Shown: positions 1 to 8,447 of the stretch, in pieces | Layout: every line of letters begins with the position of its first letter | Numbering within the stretch: the stretch's first letter is position 1 | Virus record (IMG/VR): IMGVR_UViG_3300036906_000230 | Coordinates: 1-56,792 of that record | Source of the DNA: a virus | Taxonomy: Duplodnaviria; Caudoviricetes | DNA length: 56,792 bases | Reading direction: 5' to 3' (one strand) | Position numbers and translations under genes: made by a program | The notes under the pieces: model-generated | The model's input: only the letters and a program-made list of their open reading frames with translations | Told to the model about the DNA's origin: nothing | Databases searched by the model: none

Positions 1-801
1 ATGAGCGACCGCGATCCCACCACCGAACAAGCGATCGAGGAAGTCGCGGAGATTCTCGCAAAGGCCTATTTGCGGCTCCTGGAGAAGCCTCCCGAAACAA
101 CTGCCGAGCCTGCGGGGCCGTCAAACACGGCGGAGAAGAAACGCGCGGCACCGTCAAAGCGGAAGAGTGACCAGAGGTCGAATGCGGAGCCTGTTCAACT
201 TCCCGAACCGTTGCCGGCGCCGCCTCAGGTATCGACCAGTGGCCGTCCAGCGGTACCGGAGTCCGTGCGCGCGGAGATTACCGAGAGGCTGCAGAAGCTT
301 GCAAAAATGAACTTGAGTGAGCTGCGCACAGAATACCAACGTGTCTTCAGCACCGCGCCGAGGTCCACCAATCGACAACATCTATTGCGCCGAGTAGCCT
401 GGGAGATCCAGGCTCAATCGGAAGGGCGTCTGCCGGAGGAGGTCCGAGAATATGCGTGCCGGATTGCCGAGCAGACGGACATGTTTCGGCGCATCGACGA
501 AGCTCTGCAGAAGAGGCGGGCGGCGCCAACTCCATCTGGATCGACAGTCGCCCCAAGACCAGCGCATCGAGCAAGGCACGGCCGAACCAAGCAGCGCGAC
601 CCGCGGATTCCGGCACCAGGATCGCTAATTATCGTCAAGCTCGGGCGTCAAACCGTGCGAGTAACAGTTCTCCAAGCTGGCTTCGAATATGCTGGCAAGC
701 AGTACCGGTCGCTGACTGCGGTTGCTCGGGAGGTGACGGGTCGGAATGTCAACGCCTACGAGTTCTTCGGTCTAGGATCGACAACTGAACCTACTGTATA
801 A
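1..801 (+). CDS. DUF2924 domain protein
   Basis: Motifs NRQHLLRRVAWEIQAQSEG and RDPRIPAPGS...GFEYAGKQYRSLTAVAREVTG..NAYEFFGL are typical of DUF2924 proteins of mobile elements. Confidence 0.8.
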   Translation: MSDRDPTTEQAIEEVAEILAKAYLRLLEKPPETTAEPAGPSNTAEKKRAAPSKRKSDQRSNAEPVQLPEPLPAPPQVSTSGRPAVPESVRAEITERLQKLAKMNLSELRTEYQRVFSTAPRSTNRQHLLRRVAWEIQAQSEGRLPEEVREYACRIAEQTDMFRRIDEALQKRRAAPTPSGSTVAPRPAHRARHGRTKQRDPRIPAPGSLIIVKLGRQTVRVTVLQAGFEYAGKQYRSLTAVAREVTGRNVNAYEFFGLGSTTEPTV

Positions 802-1936
802 CGGCGGCTTCAACAACCATAGCCGTTTTCTGCTGCCGCTCGGCATTTTTCGCGCGCTTCTCGTCGGCCGCGTTCTGGCGCGCGGCGATTTCGTCGAGGG
901 CGCGCCGCTTCGCCTCCATCCGTACGTGGGAGTACCGGGAGAGCATGGCGCGAGAGACGTGGCCCGCGATGCTCATGATCACCTCATCGCCCGCGCCCGA
1001 TTCGGCAAGCTCCGTTACCAGCGTATGGCGGTTATCGTGCCACCGGCCGACGACCTTCGCCTTGTCGCGCACCTTCGTCCACGCCGTCCGCAACGTCGTT
1101 ACGGGGCGGGTGGGATCATTCGGTTGCCCCTTCCCCGCCGGGAAGACGTACCACTCCGGCTTGCATTCGCCGAACCGGCGGCTGTACCACGCGGCGTGCG
1201 CCTCAAGGGCGATCATGACCGTATCGTTCAGCGGGATCACCCGGCCCGTGCCTGCTTCGGTTTTTGACTTGCCCACTGTAAGCTGCTTCTTATGGACGAG
1301 GTCTACCTGCTGCCACCGGAGTTCCCGCAGTTCCTTGTCGCGCAGTCCGCAGTTCAAATCCAGCACGAGGGCGGGATACATGTTCTTGCTCCGCAGCTTT
1401 GCAGCCTCCGCGAGCATCCGCGCTTTCTCGTCGGCGGTGTAGGCTTTCCCCGGCGATGGCGGGGTCGCGAGCTTCATCGCCTTTTCGCGGCGCAACCTTC
1501 CCCGGATCAGATCTCCTTGGTCGCCGCAGAGCCGCAACAATAACAGTACTTCGTTGTTGATGCTCTTCGGGCCCGCCTTTTCCGCCAGCCGGGCAGTCTG
1601 GTAGCCCTTCACCACTGTCGGCGTGATTTCCACAACAAGCCTCTTGCCAAGGTGGTCTGTTATGTGGCCGAGGGCGTAAGCCGCGAATGTGGGCGATTCG
1701 TGCTTGGCCGTGTACTCGACCAGGAATTCGTCTGCCGCAAGCTGGATTGTCTTCCGCCTCTGTTCGCGCGATTCCTCTTCGATGACTTGGCTGTAGCTTT
1801 TCTCTAACCGCTCGCGTTGGACACGTTCCTCCTTAATTGCCTGTGCCTTGTTGGCAGTGCCGGTGGAGCCGCGGTGCCGCCGCCCATCCAGGAAGAACTC
1901 GTAATGGTAGAACTTGCCGTTCTTGAAAACACTCAT
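791..1936 (-). CDS. int: Tyrosine recombinase/integrase
   Basis: Catalytic motifs GLRDKEL, KSKT, HDNRHT, GH...YSH; N-terminal arm-binding-like segment; likely ATG at 1936 (MSVFKNG). Confidence 0.95.
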   Translation of the reverse strand: MSVFKNGKFYHYEFFLDGRRHRGSTGTANKAQAIKEERVQRERLEKSYSQVIEEESREQRRKTIQLAADEFLVEYTAKHESPTFAAYALGHITDHLGKRLVVEITPTVVKGYQTARLAEKAGPKSINNEVLLLLRLCGDQGDLIRGRLRREKAMKLATPPSPGKAYTADEKARMLAEAAKLRSKNMYPALVLDLNCGLRDKELRELRWQQVDLVHKKQLTVGKSKTEAGTGRVIPLNDTVMIALEAHAAWYSRRFGECKPEWYVFPAGKGQPNDPTRPVTTLRTAWTKVRDKAKVVGRWHDNRHTLVTELAESGAGDEVIMSIAGHVSRAMLSRYSHVRMEAKRRALDEIAARQNAADEKRAKNAERQQKTAMVVEAAVIQ

Positions 1937-1986
1937 GCGGCGGACTCTTTGCCTCGACCCCATGGGGGTCCAGTGTCGCGAGACAG

Positions 1987-2274
1987 TCAAGTCGAAGATT
2001 TGCGCGGCCGGCCTGGTCGGGCACGAGTCTGATTATCGGGCTCGACGCCACCGCCGCCACCAGGCTGCGATTCCAGAAACACCGTGATGTCGCCCATCCT
2101 GTATCGAATCGTCGTGCCATTGATGCGCCGGAAGGGGCAGCCGATATTCAGCCGGCGCTCCCTCTGCAGCACCTTCACGCTGCAGCCGCGGATTGCGGCG
2201 TATACGCGCTCATCGACCCAGGCCCAGGGAACCGAGGACACCTTCGTCAGATCGACGACTTCGGGGGCGCTCAT
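1987..2274 (-). CDS. Excisionase-like small HTH DNA-binding protein
   Basis: Small basic protein (GCSVKVLQRER...GCPFRRINGTTIRYR) immediately upstream of the integrase. Confidence 0.7.
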   Translation of the reverse strand: MSAPEVVDLTKVSSVPWAWVDERVYAAIRGCSVKVLQRERRLNIGCPFRRINGTTIRYRMGDITVFLESQPGGGGGVEPDNQTRARPGRPRKSST

Positions 2275-3965
2275 ATCGCTACCGCCATACCGGTCTCGCG
2301 TTGGCAGAGATAGAGCTTCTCGCGCGTGCGCGTCACGCCCACGTAGAACTGCCGGATGACGGAGTCGCGCGCCGCGCCGCCGCGTGCGTACTGCGCGTCG
2401 CCCGCCTGCGAGAGGTCCGGAAAGAGATACACAACGTCGGCCTGGCCCCCCTTCACCGAGTGGATGGTCCCAACGATCGCCTTCGGCGTTTCAAAGAGAG
2501 CGCGCGGGCCCCGCCTGGCGGCTATGTCGGCGGGAAACTGGGACCGCGCATGGACGTCGGCGGTGACGTGATCGCGCCACCACTGGAGCAGCACCCGGTA
2601 GTCGCCCTCGTAAGCTTCCAGCAGAGAATCGAGCGCGGGGCGTTCGAAGAGATCGTCGAAGGCATCGCTGCTCACCGGATCCTCGCCGGCATAGCCCGCG
2701 AGCTTCTTCTTCGCTCCATGGCGCAGCACGCCCTTCGATTGAAGGCACTCTGCCCATTGACCCAGATCGCCGTGCGTCCACGGGCGGGCGTCGTCTCCCC
2801 ACCCCGGATGCGCCACGAGCAGCGCGGCGATCCGGTTGACCGTCGAACCGCGCCGGCCCGCGCGGATCGGATTCCAGAAGCCATTGCTGCGGCGGTACGG
2901 GTTGTGGAAAGGCACGCCATTCTTCCGAAGGACGGAAACGAGCGGGCGCAACATATAGGAGCACGACGCCAGGAACATCACGGTTTGGCCGCGCTCCATA
3001 TGCTCGTTGGCGCTTTTGAGAATGAAATACTCGGGGGAGCCATACGATCCTCGGGTAAGCCGCTCCACGCCGCCGGCCTCGCTGCGCGCCAGGTATTCCT
3101 TCTCCTGGCGGCGAGTCACCTGCTGGATCAGCCCGTTCGCCAGCCGGTGGACCGACTGTGGGACGCGGTATGACTGCTTCAAGATGATCTTGTGATCGAG
3201 GGGAATTTCGGGATCGAGCATGGCTTCCGGCGTGGCGCCCGTGAACGAATAGATCGTCTGATCGTCGTCGCCTGCCACGATGAAGTACTCGGCGCGCCGG
3301 CCCCACTTCCGGATCAGCGTCAACTGCATTTTGTTGAGATCCTGCGCCTCGTCGGCGAAGATCACGGACGGATTCTTCGGTGCGGTGTAGACGTCGCGAA
3401 GGCAGGCGTCGATCAAGTCGGTGAAGTCGAGCAGCCCGTTCGCCTGCTTGTACGTGCTCCACTGCTGTTCGAATTCCCGCAGCATGACCGGCCAAAGATC
3501 GCGCGACAGCATCATGCCGCGGAACCGCGACAACTGGGCAAGGAGTTCGTCGCCCCGCTTCTCCAGGTCGTCGCTCTCGTCTTCGGCGGTCTCTTCCCCG
3601 TCGAGCTTCGTGTGCTTCTTCACCGGCGTGATGGCGAGGTGCGGGTTGTCGCGGTTCCATTCTTCCACGTTCGCCTCCGCGATCTCCGGACCTCCCAGCG
3701 CGTGGAAGCAATGAGAGTGCAGCGTGCCTACCCTGTCCGGATCGACGGGGAGGTCGCGGCCGGCGAGCTCATGGGCGGCGGCGCGCGAAAAGGAAGTGAC
3801 CAGGATCGCGTTCGAGCCATACCGCTCGACGGCGCGCCGAATCTGGCGGGTGAGGTTGGTGGTTTTGCCCGTGCCTGGTGGTCCGAAGATCCTGTATTCC
3901 GAAGTTTCCTCGTGGTCCTGCTGGCCGATTCCCTCGAGGGTGCCGGTGGCGTCGGCGTTACTCAT
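2271..3965 (-). CDS. UvrD/REP-family SF1 helicase
   Basis: GPPGTGKT, DEAQD, GDDDQTIYSF, QSYR, TIHSVKGGQ, YVGVTR motifs; ATG at 3965 overlaps the upstream stop. Confidence 0.95.
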   Translation of the reverse strand: MSNADATGTLEGIGQQDHEETSEYRIFGPPGTGKTTNLTRQIRRAVERYGSNAILVTSFSRAAAHELAGRDLPVDPDRVGTLHSHCFHALGGPEIAEANVEEWNRDNPHLAITPVKKHTKLDGEETAEDESDDLEKRGDELLAQLSRFRGMMLSRDLWPVMLREFEQQWSTYKQANGLLDFTDLIDACLRDVYTAPKNPSVIFADEAQDLNKMQLTLIRKWGRRAEYFIVAGDDDQTIYSFTGATPEAMLDPEIPLDHKIILKQSYRVPQSVHRLANGLIQQVTRRQEKEYLARSEAGGVERLTRGSYGSPEYFILKSANEHMERGQTVMFLASCSYMLRPLVSVLRKNGVPFHNPYRRSNGFWNPIRAGRRGSTVNRIAALLVAHPGWGDDARPWTHGDLGQWAECLQSKGVLRHGAKKKLAGYAGEDPVSSDAFDDLFERPALDSLLEAYEGDYRVLLQWWRDHVTADVHARSQFPADIAARRGPRALFETPKAIVGTIHSVKGGQADVVYLFPDLSQAGDAQYARGGAARDSVIRQFYVGVTRTREKLYLCQRETGMAVAI

Positions 3966-5745
3966 GGCGCGACTCCTTGTTGGTCGAGTAATCAGCCGGA
4001 TCGAATTCCTCCGGCAGCACCCACCTCGATTGCTCTTTGAATTTCGCTCCACGATGCCGCATGCTTTTTGCGCCCAGCGCCGAGAGCATCCCGGCCACGG
4101 CTTTGACCGAAAGCGCCTGGAACGTGGTCTTGTTGACGTACACCTGGAGATCGCCAGCGCAGACTGTGATCTTCCCGTCGATCACCATGGGCCTGCGCTG
4201 GTCCTGAATACGCTGGTCCTCGACGGACGGGATGAAGCCAGTCTCGGAGAGGTAATGCTGCAAATACATCCGGGCGGCACCTTCCCACTCGACTTCTTCA
4301 GTGCCTTCTTCGATCTGGCAGGCGTCAAGAAGCATCTGCGCCAACTGGTCCCAATGCTTGGGCTTCAGCTTCACAATCAATCTGCCCACCGTGGCTGCGA
4401 TGGCGACCCGTACGGCATCCTGGGAAATGAGCTTTACCACGGAAGGGAACTCGATCTTCCCCTCCGCCAGTTCCATCCGGTACTGAGGCTCCTTGCCGGT
4501 GATCTTGATGAGGCGCAGCACCCGGATTCCGAGGACCTGCGACACCTTTTCGCACAGCTTCGCCCTGGCGCGCGCCGGATCGAGGGTGGCGTTCTGCTTC
4601 GGCTGGCCGTTCTCCGGCGCGCCTGAGGCACCCTGTTCGCCAGAGGGGCCGGTCTGTGCCGATCCGGGCGGCGCCGGGAGTGCGGGCGCTGGGACGCCAG
4701 GAGTTCCGAGTGGCGCGGCGAATGGGTCTATTCCTTGGACCCGCCTCGCCGCCTTCGTGATGGTCCGCTGAAAGTAGTCAACCCTGGTGCGAGGCCTCTG
4801 GCCGTGAAGATGGCGGTGGTGGATGATGAGATCGACGATCTGGCCTTCGGAAAGGCTGGCATCCAAACCGAAGCACGCCAGGGCGAGATCGTAACCGCTC
4901 TGGCTTTGGTCCTTCAGGTCGTGCCTCTGGCGATTCCAAGTGTTCCGGAATCGCATTCCCGCGACGTCGCCGCAGTTGGCCCACGCCTCAATCACGTCAT
5001 CAGGAATCCGTGCGTTCAGATCGATGACCAGGGGCTTGTCCGCGAACCGTTCGGCCCACTGTCGCGAGGCCTTCTCATCGGCTTCTGGATCGGGGATCGC
5101 GGCGTCGTCCAGGAATTCTTCGAAGTCCGAGATGTTGTATCGGCGGTCGGTAAAGGAGTAAAGCTCGACCGGTTTCGGATGCGCGCCGTCCTTGAAGTTG
5201 GTGGTGGACGGCAGGCGCAACACGCGCGCCAGGTCGGAAAGCCGATCATATGCCCAGCCGTGCGTCGCGGCGGTCAACTGCAACATGGTGTGCCACCGCG
5301 TTACGACGCGAGCCACGTCCTCGCGGTCCTCCTCGCCATCGAAGATGTACGGCTCCTTGAACAGCCACCAGCAGTGCAGGCCATTGCCGGTCGCGATAAT
5401 GATCGTGGGCGGCATCGAAGCGGGCAGGATGGCGAGGGCCTGCTGAACGGTCTGCGGGAGCGCCTTCTTGCTGTGCGCGTCGGACAGGAGATCCAAATCC
5501 GACCACATGCCGGTCAACCCGGTGATCTCTTCCGAGGCACACCGGTGCGTGGGCCCGTGGTCCTTACCGGCCAGCCCGACGCCGACGTACACGTCCCTGC
5601 CGCCGTTGACGGACCCCACGTATTCGGCCGCGGAGCCAACGCTGGTGAACCACCGCGACCGCTTATCGGGGTGCGTCCATATAAGGATGTGATGATCTTC
5701 GGGCTTCTCCTGCCAAAGTTGATTGAGGAATTCAAGCGGGGTCAT
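3958..5745 (-). CDS. RepB'-type (AEP-like) DNA primase / replication protein
   Basis: DVYVGVG, WSDLD, TGNGLHCWW, ARVLRLPSTTN motifs and SQSGYDLALA helical domain. Confidence 0.8.
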   Translation of the reverse strand: MTPLEFLNQLWQEKPEDHHILIWTHPDKRSRWFTSVGSAAEYVGSVNGGRDVYVGVGLAGKDHGPTHRCASEEITGLTGMWSDLDLLSDAHSKKALPQTVQQALAILPASMPPTIIIATGNGLHCWWLFKEPYIFDGEEDREDVARVVTRWHTMLQLTAATHGWAYDRLSDLARVLRLPSTTNFKDGAHPKPVELYSFTDRRYNISDFEEFLDDAAIPDPEADEKASRQWAERFADKPLVIDLNARIPDDVIEAWANCGDVAGMRFRNTWNRQRHDLKDQSQSGYDLALACFGLDASLSEGQIVDLIIHHRHLHGQRPRTRVDYFQRTITKAARRVQGIDPFAAPLGTPGVPAPALPAPPGSAQTGPSGEQGASGAPENGQPKQNATLDPARARAKLCEKVSQVLGIRVLRLIKITGKEPQYRMELAEGKIEFPSVVKLISQDAVRVAIAATVGRLIVKLKPKHWDQLAQMLLDACQIEEGTEEVEWEGAARMYLQHYLSETGFIPSVEDQRIQDQRRPMVIDGKITVCAGDLQVYVNKTTFQALSVKAVAGMLSALGAKSMRHRGAKFKEQSRWVLPEEFDPADYSTNKESRHE

Positions 5746-5969
5746 TTGGTCAACTCCCGGCAGCGGATCGCCTCCTCGATCAACCGCTTCTCATGCGACC
5801 AATCCGAAAGCGCCAGCAGCAGCCCTTGGAGATCGGCGTGGCCGGCACGGAGCAGGGCTTCAATCGCGGCAATCTCGGCGTCGCAGCGGGCGAGGTCGTC
5901 CAAGTCAGCCATTCGCCGCCTCCGCGCGGGCTTCTTGGCCAGATGAATCCCCGACATTGCCGCTTCCAT
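5742..5969 (-). CDS. Hypothetical phage protein
   Basis: Translationally coupled ORF in the early operon. Confidence 0.6.
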   Translation of the reverse strand: MEAAMSGIHLAKKPARRRRMADLDDLARCDAEIAAIEALLRAGHADLQGLLLALSDWSHEKRLIEEAIRCRELTK

Positions 5970-6414
5970 TTCTCTTTCCTTCGGCGCGCCAACCGTTCAC
6001 TGGCGCGCCGTACCAGAACTCTGCCGTCCGAATCGCGTGCCCCAGGAAGGGCGAGGCAAAATCGCGCCGCCGGCCGTTGGCTTTCCGCGATCCCACATGC
6101 ATCAACCAGCGGTCGCCATCGCGCACGAGCCACACCAGAGTGCCGCCGCAAGTCCCGGTAACACATGTGGCGTCGGCAGGGATTGGCGTTTGCTCGACGG
6201 CTACCGACTCGACGCTGATCGGCCGCGAAGCGACCCATTTCGCGTATGGGATGAATTTGTCATCGACCCACACGTGGAGTAGAGCATCCGCATCTTCGTA
6301 CGGCGCGTCGGCTGGCACGTCTGCCAGCGTGATCAGGCGGGCCGAGACCGTGTTTCCGGCCTCGCGTTCCTGACGCGCTTCGCGCATGGCCGCACGGCTG
6401 TAAAAGCCGTTCAT
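5905..6414 (-). CDS. Hypothetical phage protein
   Basis: ATGA overlap with the MTase stop; operon position. Confidence 0.6.
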   Translation of the reverse strand: MNGFYSRAAMREARQEREAGNTVSARLITLADVPADAPYEDADALLHVWVDDKFIPYAKWVASRPISVESVAVEQTPIPADATCVTGTCGGTLVWLVRDGDRWLMHVGSRKANGRRRDFASPFLGHAIRTAEFWYGAPVNGWRAEGKRNGSGNVGDSSGQEARAEAANG

Positions 6415-7928
6415 GCCGCCTCCGTGAGGACGCGGTCGACGTGGTCAATGCGCTGGCCGATCCAGCGCATGACCGGAACTGCCATGGAGTTGCCGATTGC
6501 CTTGTACCGGGGCCCGTCCGGAGTGGCGCCCAATCGAATGGCTTCCTCGATCGGGATTCCCAAATAGCAGGCCATCTCCTCGATCTCTTCCGCGCGGAGT
6601 CTCTGCCGGTAGTTCGGGATAAGCGTCCAGTCGTCGGGAAATCCCTGCAGCCGCTCGCACTCGCGCGGTGTGAGCCTTCTGACGGCGATCCACGTGGCCA
6701 ACAGCGGTGCGCCGTCGCCCCGGCCGGAACTCCCCGACTGCGCCTTCAATGGCGGGGCGACGACATCGGGCGCGCCGCGACCGTTGCGCGCGAAGCGGGA
6801 CTCGAAGACCATGGGGACGCCGATGTTGCCGCCATCGGTGGCCAGGATCGGCGGTGTCACCTCGCGTGGAACGAACCCGTCCTGGCCGCAGCCGCGGAAT
6901 GCCACCGCGATCTGTCCGCCCGCGTTCGGATGCGAGGCGTCGTGGCCCATGGCACGCAGCGTCGGCGCAAGGTCGTCCATGGCATCGGCGCCATGGTCCT
7001 TGCACGAGAACGCGATTGGTACCAGCAGGTTGGATTCGGCGTCCTGCTGAGTCGCACTGCCCGCCGCCTTACCGTTTGAGTTCAACGTTCCACAGGGTTC
7101 GCAAACCGGGAGGATGGGAATGCCGCGCCCGCTGCCGTCCTCCGTTGCGTCGAATCCCTCGCCACGGAGTGTATGCGCGACGAGGTTGTGGTGCTCGTTG
7201 CCGCTGGGCCCGCTGGTCCGCTTGGCCCACTTCGCGCTTACGGAGTGCTGGACGACTTCGGCGGGGAGGATGTGGCCGGCCTGGGCTTGCTTTGGATCGC
7301 CGCCACACGTTCCAAGGCTGTTCGCAGTGATGGCGGTAACGACCTCCCGCGGCTTCCGGCGCGGCGCAAGATCCCGGCGCAGGCTTTCGCGCTCAAAAAG
7401 TACCGCAGCGGCAGCCTGCCATGCTCCAGCAAATCCAACAACGAAGACGCGGCGGCGGCGCTGGGGCACTCCGAAGTGCTGAGCGTCCAGAATTCGGTAA
7501 GCGGTCCCATACCCGAGTTGAGCCAGGGTCCGGAGGATGGTTCCAAACGTCCGTCCTGAGTCGATCGACAGCACACCAGGGACGTTCTCCCAGACGACCC
7601 ACCGAGGTCGAAGGCGCTTAACAGCGCCGAGGAATTCCAGCGTGAGGTTGCCACGCGGGTCATCCATTCCAAGCCGGTGGCCCGCGACGCTAAAGGCCTG
7701 GCAGGGAGTTCCTCCGACGAGAAGCTCAACTGGAGTTGTTCCGATGCGCCTGAGCCAGTGCCCCCGAATCGCCGTGAAATCGCCAAGGTTCTTTACCTCC
7801 GGATAGCGGTGCGCCAGGACCGCGCGCGCGAACGGATCGATCTCGGCGAACCACGCGGGGCGCCAGCCCAGGCTGTGCCAGGCGACGGTGGCCGCTTCGA
7901 TGCCCGAGCACACCGACCCGTAGGTCAC
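6411..7928 (-). CDS. Phage C5-cytosine DNA methyltransferase
   Basis: SVCSGIEA, GGTPCQAFS, WENVPG, PQRRRRVF, RRLTPRECERLQGFP, YKAIGNS motifs. Confidence 0.95.
   Translation of the reverse strand: MTYGSVCSGIEAATVAWHSLGWRPAWFAEIDPFARAVLAHRYPEVKNLGDFTAIRGHWLRRIGTTPVELLVGGTPCQAFSVAGHRLGMDDPRGNLTLEFLGAVKRLRPRWVVWENVPGVLSIDSGRTFGTILRTLAQLGYGTAYRILDAQHFGVPQRRRRVFVVGFAGAWQAAAAVLFERESLRRDLAPRRKPREVVTAITANSLGTCGGDPKQAQAGHILPAEVVQHSVSAKWAKRTSGPSGNEHHNLVAHTLRGEGFDATEDGSGRGIPILPVCEPCGTLNSNGKAAGSATQQDAESNLLVPIAFSCKDHGADAMDDLAPTLRAMGHDASHPNAGGQIAVAFRGCGQDGFVPREVTPPILATDGGNIGVPMVFESRFARNGRGAPDVVAPPLKAQSGSSGRGDGAPLLATWIAVRRLTPRECERLQGFPDDWTLIPNYRQRLRAEEIEEMACYLGIPIEEAIRLGATPDGPRYKAIGNSMAVPVMRWIGQRIDHVDRVLTEAA
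7238..7786 (-). CDS. Nested alternative-frame ORF, M.EcoHK31I beta-polypeptide-like
   Basis: 182-codon out-of-frame ORF inside the MTase with WLNSGM...FWTLSTSECPS...SLLDLLE...RYFLSAKACAGILRRA, a pattern recalled from such overlapping polypeptides; start uncertain. Confidence 0.65.
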   Translation of the reverse strand: MAISRRFGGTGSGASEQLQLSFSSEELPARPLASRATGLEWMTRVATSRWNSSALLSAFDLGGSSGRTSLVCCRSTQDGRLEPSSGPWLNSGMGPLTEFWTLSTSECPSAAAASSLLDLLEHGRLPLRYFLSAKACAGILRRAGSRGRSLPPSLRTALERVAAIQSKPRPATSSPPKSSSTP

Positions 7929-8251
7929 GACGCCTCCGTTTCGACCGGCCGCCCCAAACCGAGAATGACCAGAGCCTCCTCAACACTGCGCGCCACGCCG
8001 GTGATCGCGCCCGCCGCTTTCCATTCCATGAGCCTCTGCGTCTGGAGCTCGGTCAACTGCGACGACGAATCGTTGGGCCGCTTCACCTCGATCTCGAAAT
8101 GGCGCCCGTTGATGGTGCCGTAAAGGTCGGGGTCGCCGGCCATCCCCATCGCGGTACCGTGGCGCTTCCGGACGACCACGTGCGGCCTGCTCTTCAGCGT
8201 TTTGATGATCCTGGTAACGATGGCCTTTTCAAGAACGGCTTGGTGCTTCAT
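7925..8251 (-). CDS. VRR-NUC domain nuclease
   Basis: LEKAIV, AGDPDL, FEIEVKRP, LQ..RL...AAGA PD-(D/E)xK pattern. Confidence 0.85.
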   Translation of the reverse strand: MKHQAVLEKAIVTRIIKTLKSRPHVVVRKRHGTAMGMAGDPDLYGTINGRHFEIEVKRPNDSSSQLTELQTQRLMEWKAAGAITGVARSVEEALVILGLGRPVETEAS

Positions 8252-8447
8252 GGCTTGCCTCCCCCATTTCCCGTGCACCGACAACCTGTTCGCGCATCCG
8301 CCCAAACTGCACCACCGACCGCCGCCGCGCCCCGCACTTCGTGCAGGTCTGCACGTCGACGTTGGCTTGGCCTTGGAACGCGGGCCACCGGCGCGGAAAA
8401 CTCCAGCGATGCCGGCAAAGCGAACTGGGGAGCGCGGCGAACTTCAT
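8229..8447 (-). CDS. Small hypothetical protein (CRH..CTKC, possible zinc binding)
   Basis: Starts directly after the upstream stop codon and fills the operon gap. Confidence 0.5.
   Translation of the reverse strand: MKFAALPSSLCRHRWSFPRRWPAFQGQANVDVQTCTKCGARRRSVVQFGRMREQVVGAREMGEASHEAPSRS

Noticed and set aside
795-815. att core candidate (TAACGGC..TTCAA, similar to 53596-53608)
   Set aside because: Too short and gapped to support an att site
8135-8150. A4 guide versus the VRR-NUC MGMAG codons (11/16), and weak matches for A1 units 2 and 3
   Set aside because: Distant or non-conservative matches at a level expected by chance in 57 kb
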